This document shows positions 1 to 6,532 of a DNA stretch of 24,000 nucleotides, piece after piece. The notes under the pieces are model-generated. The model was not told the origin of the DNA. It searched no databases and saw only the letters and a list, made by a program, of their open reading frames with translations. The position numbers were made by a program, and so were the translations under genes. Position 1 is the stretch's first letter, and each line of letters begins with the position of its first letter. The stretch is taken from positions 39,864 to 63,863 of the forward strand of contig JAYUVG010000167.1 in the NCBI GenBank assembly GCA_043754255.1, read 5' to 3'. The stretch comes from Polaromonas sp. (GTDB taxonomy: Bacteria; Pseudomonadota; Gammaproteobacteria; Burkholderiales; Burkholderiaceae_C).

Positions 1-1010
1 GGATCGGTTTGCCTCAAGGCTTCATAAAGCGCATCAAAGACAGGGCTGCGCATGTTCTGGTCGATGATCACCAGATTGGGCAGCTGCAACTCGCAAAACC
101 GGATAGCTTGTTCAGCGTTCAAAACGCCGTCAACTACCAGGCCAGCGCCCTGGCAGACAGACCGGATTTGCACCTGAAGGCGGGCGTCGTCAGTGATCAC
201 CAGCAGCCGCATGCCGGCCATTGGTTTTGATTCGCCATACATGGATTCGGGGCCGGTTTCCATTTCAACAGCGCTCATGCCGCCCAGTCGTTTGACGGTG
301 CGGGCAAACTCAATGCTCAAGCTGGTGTCAACAGCTGAACTTGCCCGTTTGATGGACAAACCCATGGCCTGGCAAATCTCATTGAGCAGATACCAGCCAA
401 CCGTGTTGGTAGAAGGTTCGGCTTGGTCAGTACTTGCGGGCACATGGCCTGGAAGATGGCCGGACTTTAAAATCAGCAGCCCATGTTCAGGCCAGTTCAT
501 CATCTCCAGTGTTACGGTTAATTTGCCTCCCAATTGCGCCGCCCAGTCCAGCGCAGCATCAACCAGACTGTGAAGCAAGGCCGCGTCAACGATGACTTCA
601 ACGGGTCGAATTCTCTGAAAAATCTCGATGCCGCGTTGCTTGAACGCTTTTGATTGCTCCCGCAATGCCGCCAACACCAGCTCATCGAGCTTCATCGTTT
701 CATGCGACTGCCGCAAACGGCCACTTGCAAGCCGCGCAATTTGCTGACTTTGCATGGCCAGCTTGCGCGCCAGGTTCACACCGTCAACCAGAACCAGCAT
801 GTTTTCCCGGCTTAGATGCTGTGTCTGTTCAATCGCCTCAAGCGCTGCCCGCATGTTGGCCAGTGGCTCGGACAACTGCGAACCTATTGCGCCCGCCAAA
901 GCGAAGTCAGATGGCGCAATAGCACCGTCTGAAAGCAATGGGCTGTTTGCCGAGTCCTGGGTGATCAACGGCACAGGTTTGCTGTTTTTTGTATTTAAAA
1001 ATCTGTTCAT
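1..1010 (-). CDS. Hybrid sensor-like protein: degenerate histidine-kinase-like region fused to a CheY-like receiver (start in window, 3' end runs off the left edge)
   Basis: Absent from the supplied track because it is open at the window edge. My translation of the minus strand starts at ATG (rc of cat 1008-1010), preceded by GGAGG (rc of 1017-1021, 6-nt spacer). The frame stays open to nt 1 (336 codons, MNRFLNTKNSKPVPLITQDS...). The H-box position reads AIGSQLSEPLANM with no His, and I see no N/G1/G2 ATP-binding boxes. The C-terminal part MRLLVITDDARLQ...NLVIIDQNMRSPVFDAL is receiver-like. The + ORFs 9-230, 193-573, 650-922 and 754-1161 are antisense shadows. Confidence 0.55.
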   Translation of the reverse strand, partial: MNRFLNTKNSKPVPLITQDSANSPLLSDGAIAPSDFALAGAIGSQLSEPLANMRAALEAIEQTQHLSRENMLVLVDGVNLARKLAMQSQQIARLASGRLRQSHETMKLDELVLAALREQSKAFKQRGIEIFQRIRPVEVIVDAALLHSLVDAALDWAAQLGGKLTVTLEMMNWPEHGLLILKSGHLPGHVPASTDQAEPSTNTVGWYLLNEICQAMGLSIKRASSAVDTSLSIEFARTVKRLGGMSAVEMETGPESMYGESKPMAGMRLLVITDDARLQVQIRSVCQGAGLVVDGVLNAEQAIRFCELQLPNLVIIDQNMRSPVFDALYEALRQTD

Positions 1011-1169
1011 TGTTTTCCTCCCTGTTACGTCTATATTCTTAGTATTTCATTATGTAACTGTTGAAGTTGATTGCGTTAAAGGCATTTCCGTTACCAAGCG
1101 TAGGACGACACCTACTGAGCCCGACTATAAACTGCTTACACCAGGTTTTGATCTGGTTTGAAACCGTTT

Positions 1170-1233
1170 TTATTGATCAAATCTGCCCCTAGCCCACATG
1201 AAATGCGCGCAAGCAGCTCCTGAATTAATAGCA
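1170..1233. repeat. Copy 1 (inverted orientation) of a ~62-bp dispersed repeat family
   Basis: The reverse complement reads TGCTATTAATTCAGGAGCTGCTTGCGCGCATTTCATGTGGGCTAGGGGCAGATTTGATCAATA. It aligns by eye with copies at 8334, 8537, 12543, 18231 and 23401 (rc). It abuts the stop codon of the 1234-1707 gene. Confidence 0.7.
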
Positions 1234-1707
1234 TTACGCTAATGCTTTGCGTGCCGAGACCAAGCGTTGCTCCAGGTAAGCACCGTAGAAATCCGGCACG
1301 GCAATGCCAACCAGCCGCTCAGCCAGCTCCTGGCCAAGACTGCCGATGAACAAAACGGTGGGCGTAAAAGTGGCTTTCCAGGCCTTGGCCTGACTTGACG
1401 CAGTAGTACTTTGGCCTTCAAAACCGGTCAGGCGTGTGGTGGTGTCATTCACATTCAGTTGCCAGGCTTGCAAACTGTTGTCACGGCGGGCAGGCAACAG
1501 ATAGTTGCGCCGTACCAGCTCGCAGTACACGCAACCAGGCAGGCTGATCAGCACTACCAGCGGCTCGCCTTTAGCCCTGGCCATCAATGCCGCTTGGGGC
1601 AGCGACGCAGGAACGGGCAGGGCGGTGTCTTTGGCGTGCAAGGTCGTCGCTGGCAATACCAGGCTGCCTGTGACCAGTTTTACAGCGTCGCGCCTTGATA
1701 CATTCAT
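1234..1707 (-). CDS. Exported thioredoxin-fold protein (Tat-type signal, CxxC motif)
   Basis: 157-aa ORF from the track. The N-terminus MNVSRRDAVKLVTGSLVLPATTLHA fits a twin-arginine signal (SRRxxxK plus a hydrophobic stretch). It contains a PGCVYC redox-type CxxC motif. The overlapping ORFs 1239-1421(-), 1411-1698(+) and 1505-1798(+) are rejected. Confidence 0.6.
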   Translation of the reverse strand: MNVSRRDAVKLVTGSLVLPATTLHAKDTALPVPASLPQAALMARAKGEPLVVLISLPGCVYCELVRRNYLLPARRDNSLQAWQLNVNDTTTRLTGFEGQSTTASSQAKAWKATFTPTVLFIGSLGQELAERLVGIAVPDFYGAYLEQRLVSARKALA

Positions 1708-1722
1708 AACTCAACTTCTTTC

Positions 1723-1750
1723 GTCATTCCCGCGAAGGCGGGAATCCAGC
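1723..1750. repeat. dRS3-like palindromic unit GTCATTCCCGCGAAGGCGGGAATCCAG
   Basis: ATTCCC (1726-1731) - N8 - GGGAAT (1740-1745) is a perfect inverted core. The same unit recurs twice at 8423-8499. It lies in the intergenic gap between two minus-strand genes. Confidence 0.75.
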
Positions 1751-1815
1751 AATACCGCTTGCAATGTGAGCCGCAGTTATCACCCAGAGCGGGTATGACG
1801 GTGTTTGGCGTTCCA

Positions 1816-3051
1816 TCAGGTTATCTTTTTCAGCTTCAACTCAGACAACTTCGCATCCGGATAGTTCAGCACGCTGCGCAGCACCTCATCGGTGTGCTGA
1901 CCGAGCAGCGGTGGCGGCAGATCAGTGCGCACGGGCGTCGCGCTGAGCTTGAGGGGGCTGGACACCAGTGGCAAATCACTGTGGTGCGGGTGCTGCCAGT
2001 GCGTCACCATGCCGCGCGACTGGATATGCGCATCGGCAAACACTTCAGCCAGATTGTTGATTGCGCCGCACGGTACTTTGGCCGCTTCAAGCGCAGCCAG
2101 CCAGTCGGCCTTGGCGCGTGTGCGCATCACAGCTTCAAGAATTGGTACCAGTTGCGCGCGGTTTTTAACCCGGTCGCGGTTTTGGGCGAACAGCGGGTTT
2201 ACTCCCAGCTCTGGCACATTCGCCGCCTCACAGTATTTGCGAAATTGCGAGTCGTTGCCGACAGCGATGATGATGTGGTCTTTGGTGCCGTCAGTTGCAG
2301 CTGCCACTTCAAACACCTGGTACGGCACGATGTTCTGGTGTGCGTTGCCCATGCGGCATGGCACAGAGCCGCTGACGAGATAGTTGGCGCCCAGGTTCGC
2401 CAGCATGGCGACTTGCGTGTCGAGCAATGCCATGTCAACCTGCTGGCCCTCACCGGTTTTTTCAGCATGGCGCAGTGCGGCGAGTATGCCGACGGTTGCG
2501 TACATGCCGGTCATCAAATCAGCCACGGCAACGCCAACTTTTTGCGGGCCGCCTTGCAAATCGTCACGCTCGCCCGTCACACTCATCAGCCCACCCATGC
2601 CCTGAATGGCGTAGTCATAACCGGCCCGGTCGGCATACGGGCCGGTCTGGCCAAAGCCGGTGACTGATGCATAAACGATGCGCGGGTTAATGGCTTTGAT
2701 GGATGCGTAGTCCAGCCCGTAGCGCGCCATGTCGCCGACCTTGAAGTTCTCGACAAACACATCGCAATGCGCAGCCAGCTCGCGTATCAATGCCTGACCG
2801 GCAGGTTGTGCAATGTCGCAAGTCACGCTACGTTTGTTGCGATTGGTGCCCAGGTAGTAAGCCGCTTCCTGGGTGTCGTTGCCTTGCACATCTTTTAAAA
2901 AAGGTGGGCCCCAGGTGCGGGTGTCGTCGCCTGTTTCAGGCCGCTCAATTTTGATGACATCTGCGCCGAGGTCGGCCAGGGTTTGGGTACACCAGGGGCC
3001 TGCCAGCACGCGGGACAGGTCTAAAACGCGAATGCCATCAAGTGAGTTCAT
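1816..3051 (-). CDS. Family III CoA-transferase (CaiB/BaiF type)
   Basis: The track ORF is 1816-3156. I place the start at the internal ATG (rc of 3049-3051, Met36) because the upstream 35 codons run through a palindromic repeat cluster. The sequence MNSLDGIRVLDLSRVLAGPWCTQTLADLGADVIKIERPETGDDTRTWGPP and ...AGYDYAIQGMGGLMSVTGE are typical of this family. Length is 411 aa. Confidence 0.85.
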   Translation of the reverse strand: MNSLDGIRVLDLSRVLAGPWCTQTLADLGADVIKIERPETGDDTRTWGPPFLKDVQGNDTQEAAYYLGTNRNKRSVTCDIAQPAGQALIRELAAHCDVFVENFKVGDMARYGLDYASIKAINPRIVYASVTGFGQTGPYADRAGYDYAIQGMGGLMSVTGERDDLQGGPQKVGVAVADLMTGMYATVGILAALRHAEKTGEGQQVDMALLDTQVAMLANLGANYLVSGSVPCRMGNAHQNIVPYQVFEVAAATDGTKDHIIIAVGNDSQFRKYCEAANVPELGVNPLFAQNRDRVKNRAQLVPILEAVMRTRAKADWLAALEAAKVPCGAINNLAEVFADAHIQSRGMVTHWQHPHHSDLPLVSSPLKLSATPVRTDLPPPLLGQHTDEVLRSVLNYPDAKLSELKLKKIT

Positions 3052-3065
3052 AACTGTATTTTGCA

Positions 3066-3182
3066 CCCGGGCTGTCATCCCGGACTTGAGGAGCCTGCCC
3101 CGAACCACGATCCGGGGAGATCCATCCCCGTATCTGCAGGCGCGCTGAGTTGTCATGGATCCCGGGTCAAGCCCGGGATGAC
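3066..3182. repeat. Cluster of GTCATCCCGG / CCGGGATGAC palindromic units (REP-like)
   Basis: GTCATCCCGG (3074-3083) is the reverse complement of CCGGGATGAC (3173-3182). The rc of 3152-3182 reads GTCATCCCGGGCTTGACCCGGGATCCATGAC, itself hairpin-forming. The cluster fills the gap between the CoA-transferase start and the cynS stop. Confidence 0.6.
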
Positions 3183-3186
3183 AAAT

Positions 3187-3630
3187 CTAATACTGTTTGT
3201 ACGGCAAGAACTTACCCGACAGCACCACATTCACGCGGTCGCCTTTGGGATCCGGTGTGCGCACAATGTCCATTGAAAAATCAATCGCGCTCATGATGCC
3301 GTCGCCAAACTCTTCATGGATCAGCTCCTTGATGGTGGTGCCGTAGACACTCACAATTTCATACCAGCGATAGATCAGAGGGTCGGTCGGCACCGGCGTT
3401 GGCAATGAGCCTTTGTACGGCACAACCTGTAGCCACTTTTGTTCGTCAGCACTCAGGCCAAAAATTTCGCCAACCGCTGCAGCCTGCGTTGCGTCGAATG
3501 TCATTTGCCCCAAGCAGCCAGCGGTGACCCACTCTTTGCTCATGCCTACTTTTTTGGCGACGTCTTCCCACTTGATGCCTTTGGAGACCTTGACGGTGAT
3601 GATTTTTTCGGTGATGTCATTGCGGTTCAT
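3187..3630 (-). CDS. cynS: Cyanate hydratase (cyanase)
   Basis: 147-aa ORF. The C-terminal half PTDPLIYRWYEIVSVYGTTIKELIHEEFGDGIMSAIDFSMDI...GKFLPYKQY closely parallels E. coli CynS ([42 protein letters not shown]...GKYLPTKPF, recalled from memory). Confidence 0.95.
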   Translation of the reverse strand: MNRNDITEKIITVKVSKGIKWEDVAKKVGMSKEWVTAGCLGQMTFDATQAAAVGEIFGLSADEQKWLQVVPYKGSLPTPVPTDPLIYRWYEIVSVYGTTIKELIHEEFGDGIMSAIDFSMDIVRTPDPKGDRVNVVLSGKFLPYKQY

Positions 3631-3667
3631 TTTTTGCTCCTGTTTAAAAAAATTTGGGCGCTTCTAG

Positions 3668-3786
3668 AAATTCAGATTTTCAGGATGAAGTGCAAGGCGC
3701 ACGGAGCGCAGGATACCGGAATGCACTTGAGTGCATGAGGATTCCGAGCACCGCGCAACGCAGCAATTCGCCTGAAAAATGAATTT
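3668..3786. repeat. Long imperfect palindrome (~120 bp) upstream of cynS
   Basis: The outer arms AAATTCAGATTTTCAGG (3668-3684) and CCTGAAAAATGAATTT (3771-3786) are near-complementary. The core has CGGAAT (3717-3722) pairing with ATTCCG (3741-3746), and ATGCACT (3721-3727) pairing with AGTGCAT (3730-3736). Confidence 0.5.
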
Positions 3787-3799
3787 ATAGGAGTGCCCA

Positions 3800-4021
3800 T
3801 TAGTGGTCGCCAGGCTTGGCGCGGGTGATCAGAAAATCGACCACGTGGTTGCGCAGGTCATAGTAGCGGGGCAGATGGAGCAGCTCGGCGCGGGTGCGTT
3901 TTCTGGGCAGGGTGTTGCAAGCCTGCCCGAAGTGCAGGGCAGCTTGTTGCCGCAGCTGCTCGTCCAATTGCCTGTAAAGTGCCTGTACATACCCGTACGT
4001 GCCCGTACGTGCCATCTCCAC
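3800..4021 (-). CDS. Hypothetical small protein (73 aa)
   Basis: Three ORFs overlap here. This frame has the most GC3-biased, protein-like codon usage (MEMARTGTYGYVQALYRQLDEQLRQQAALHFG...). I recognise no family. Confidence 0.35.
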   Translation of the reverse strand: MEMARTGTYGYVQALYRQLDEQLRQQAALHFGQACNTLPRKRTRAELLHLPRYYDLRNHVVDFLITRAKPGDH

Positions 4022-4040
4022 CTATCCATCATCTGATTCA

Positions 4041-4550
4041 ATGCGATTTTCAATGTATGCAGCGATTGCCTTGACTGCTCTTGCGGCCTGTAACCCGACT
4101 TTTAACTGGCGTGATGTGCGCTTTGAAAACGCCGGACTGGCGCTTTTGATGCCGTGCAAGCCGGACAAGGCGCAAAGAACTGTTCCCATGGCAGGGCAAC
4201 AAACCGAGTTGAATTTGCTTAGTTGCGATGCAGGTGGCGTGACGTTTGCCGTCACCGTTGCGGATGTGAAAGACGCGTCAAAAGTAACCGGCGTGCTGGC
4301 GCAGTGGCAAAGTGTCTGGCTGGCCAATATCAAAGCCCAGCCCAGTGCGGGCACGGCACTCAAGCTGCCAGGCTTGCCCGGCGGTGGGGTCATCATGAAA
4401 GCCACCGGTCAACGCGCCAATGGCCGGGCCGTCAGTAGCCAGGCGGCGTATTTTGCACAGGGCACGCAGGTGTTTCAGGCGGTGATGTATGCAGACACCA
4501 TTGCGCCTGATGTGGCTGACACTTTTTTTTCGGGTTTGAAGTTTGAATAA
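4041..4550 (+). CDS. Putative lipoprotein of unknown function
   Basis: The track ORF is 3999-4550. The internal ATG at 4041 gives MRFSMYAAIALTALAAC, a signal peptide with lipobox L-A-A-C. Confidence 0.6.
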   Translation: MRFSMYAAIALTALAACNPTFNWRDVRFENAGLALLMPCKPDKAQRTVPMAGQQTELNLLSCDAGGVTFAVTVADVKDASKVTGVLAQWQSVWLANIKAQPSAGTALKLPGLPGGGVIMKATGQRANGRAVSSQAAYFAQGTQVFQAVMYADTIAPDVADTFFSGLKFE

Positions 4551-5853
4551 TCTTTCTGCACCCACTGGCCTGCTGGATAGAAAAACCGCCGCCCTTGTAT
4601 TTTTGGCTTTTGCTGGTGCGTATTGTTTGTCAGCACTGGTGCGCGCCATCATCGCCACGCTGTCACCTGTGCTCAGTCAAGAGTTCTCCCTTCAATCGCG
4701 TGACCTGGGGCTGCTGGCGGGCGGTTATTTTTTGGGCTTTGCAGCTACGCAATTGCCGCTCGGCACCTGGCTCGACCGGCATGGGCCCAAGCGCGTCATC
4801 GTCTGCTTTCTGGCACTGGCGGTGGTGGGTTGCCTGGTGTTCTCAGTGGCCAGCAGCTTTGCGGGGCTGCTGGCTGGCCGGGTGCTGATTGGCATGGGGG
4901 TCAGCGCCTGCCTGATGGCGCCGCTGAGTGGCTTTCGGCGCTGGCTGGACGCGCCCAGTTTGTTGCGGGCCAATTCCTGGATGCTGATGAGTGGCTCGCT
5001 GGGCATGCTGGCGTCTACCCTGCCGGTGCAGTGGCTGCTGCCGCAAGTAGGCTGGCGGGCGTTGTTTTGGGGCTTGGCAGCTTTGGTGTTTGTGGCCATG
5101 CTGGTGATTGCATGGGTGGTGCCGAAATGGGCTATTGCCCCCACGCTTGTCGCTTCGCGTACTACGCTGCCCCCCAAGGGGGCTAATTTTTCTAAAGGCG
5201 GCTTGTCGAAAAATTCTCGTCCAACAGCTTTAGATGAGGGGTACGCAGAAGTCTGGAAAAGCCGCTATTTCCGGAAGTTGTCACCGCTGGCGTTTTTTAA
5301 CTACGGTGGTCTGGTCGCTGTGCAGACGCTGTGGGCCGGCCCATGGATGGTCAAGGTGGCGGGCTACACACCGCTTGAAGCGGCCACCGGGCTTTTTTAT
5401 ATCAACGCGGTCATGCTGCTGACCTTCTGGACATGGGGTTTGGTGAATCCGCGCCTGGCCAGAGCCGGCTGGCACACCGACCGGCTGATCGCCTGGGGCG
5501 TTCCCATCAGCCTGCTGGTGCTGGCTGCCAATATTTGGGGCGGCTCAGCAACCGGCTGGCTGGGTTGGGCGGCGTTTTGTGTGGCGTCCACCGTTATCAG
5601 CCTGTCGCAGCCCGCTGTCGGCATGGCATTTAAACCGGCACTGGCTGGCCGGGCGTTGTCGGCCTTTAACCTGGTTATTTTTGCGGGGGTGTTTACCGTG
5701 CAGTGGGGCATTGGCCTGCTGGTAGATGCGTTTGCCGCGCTGGGCCTGGCCCCTGTTGCCAGCTTTCAGGCAGCTTTTGGTGTGTTTTTGTGTTGTTGTA
5801 CGGCTGCGTATGTCTATTTTTTGCGCGTGAAAGTCGATAATTCAACCCCATGA
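4543..5853 (+). CDS. MFS transporter
   Basis: 436 aa with about 12 hydrophobic segments and a polar central loop. The motif GTWLDRHGPKRV follows TM2 (MFS D-R/K-x-G-R-R/K-like). The start is uncertain: TTG at 4543 overlaps the lipoprotein stop. The stop overlaps the next gene's ATG (ATGA at 5850-5853). Confidence 0.85.
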   Translation: MNNLSAPTGLLDRKTAALVFLAFAGAYCLSALVRAIIATLSPVLSQEFSLQSRDLGLLAGGYFLGFAATQLPLGTWLDRHGPKRVIVCFLALAVVGCLVFSVASSFAGLLAGRVLIGMGVSACLMAPLSGFRRWLDAPSLLRANSWMLMSGSLGMLASTLPVQWLLPQVGWRALFWGLAALVFVAMLVIAWVVPKWAIAPTLVASRTTLPPKGANFSKGGLSKNSRPTALDEGYAEVWKSRYFRKLSPLAFFNYGGLVAVQTLWAGPWMVKVAGYTPLEAATGLFYINAVMLLTFWTWGLVNPRLARAGWHTDRLIAWGVPISLLVLAANIWGGSATGWLGWAAFCVASTVISLSQPAVGMAFKPALAGRALSAFNLVIFAGVFTVQWGIGLLVDAFAALGLAPVASFQAAFGVFLCCCTAAYVYFLRVKVDNSTP

Positions 5854-6293
5854 ATGGAATTTTCATCATCGCCCACGCCCCGCTTGCATCGGCCTTGCGC
5901 GAATGTGTGCTGCATGTCTTTCCAGACAACCCTGCCGGTGTGGTGGCGCTCGACGTACAGCCCCATTTGCCGCCTGAAGAAACGCTGGCCCAGGCAAGCG
6001 TCCTGTTTAAACAACTGGGCACGCCTGGTGTGCTGGTTTTGAGCGACGTGTTCGGTGCCACGCCTTGCAACGTGGCGCAAAAGTTGGTCGATGGTGTCCG
6101 TTCAAAACTGATTGCAGGCGTTAATTTGCCGATGCTGCTGCGCAGTGTGTGCTACCGAAACGAGCCGCTGGACGCGCTGATTGTGCGGGCGCTGGCCGGT
6201 GGCACACAGGGCGTGATGCAGGTTGCCATCACCGCACCACAAAATCAAGCCAAAAGAAAACATGATTCAAACGACCACGACCATCAGCAATAA
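5850..6293 (+). CDS. PTS EIIA component, mannose/fructose family
   Basis: 147 aa. MNGIFIIAHAPLASAL has a His at the position of the phospho-His of EIIA-Man type domains. The gene lies directly upstream of HPr and EI. Confidence 0.8.
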   Translation: MNGIFIIAHAPLASALRECVLHVFPDNPAGVVALDVQPHLPPEETLAQASVLFKQLGTPGVLVLSDVFGATPCNVAQKLVDGVRSKLIAGVNLPMLLRSVCYRNEPLDALIVRALAGGTQGVMQVAITAPQNQAKRKHDSNDHDHQQ

Positions 6294-6531
6294 ATTGGGC
6301 CTGCACGCCAGAGCCTCAGCCAAGCTCACAAAATTAGCGGGCAGCTTTGCCTGCGAAGTGTGGATGGCCAAGGGCGAACGCCGCGTCAACGCCAAAAGCA
6401 TCATGGGCGTGATGATGCTGGCTGCCGGTATGGGCAGCACGGTGATGGTCGAAACCAGCGGCGCGGATGAGCAGGTGGCACTCGATGCGTTGCTGGCTCT
6501 CATCAACGACAAGTTCGGCGAAGGGGAGTGA
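6262..6531 (+). CDS. ptsH: Phosphocarrier protein HPr
   Basis: The internal ATG at 6262 of track ORF 6223-6531 gives the 89-aa MIQTTTTISNKLGLHARASAKLTKLA... The GLHARAS motif contains the His15 equivalent. Confidence 0.9.
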   Translation: MIQTTTTISNKLGLHARASAKLTKLAGSFACEVWMAKGERRVNAKSIMGVMMLAAGMGSTVMVETSGADEQVALDALLALINDKFGEGE

Positions 6532-6532
6532 T

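Noticed and set aside
9-1161. Four + strand ORFs (9-230, 193-573, 650-922, 754-1161)
   Set aside because: They are short, overlapping and rich in Ala/Arg/Ser/Pro, as expected for the antisense of a GC-rich gene. The minus strand carries one uninterrupted 336-codon frame with a GGAGG-ATG start and recognisable receiver motifs.
1759-2667. 302-aa + strand ORF and its neighbours (1925-2383, 2384-2605, 2427-2663, 2873-3148)
   Set aside because: They are antisense shadows of the CoA-transferase gene, which has clear family motifs. None has a recognisable motif or RBS.
3052-3156. 35-codon N-terminal extension of the CoA-transferase ORF (MTTQRACRYGDGSPRIVV...)
   Set aside because: The extension is encoded entirely by the palindromic repeat cluster 3066-3182. 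The family-typical N-terminus starts at Met36 (MNSLDGIRVLDLS).
3992-4011. Tandem 10-bp duplication CCCGTACGTG x2 at the 5' end of the 73-aa ORF, as a phase-variation tract (likewise the T8 run at 4524-4531)
   Set aside because: Two copies of a 10-mer, or a single T8 run, are too short to argue for slipped-strand switching without population data.
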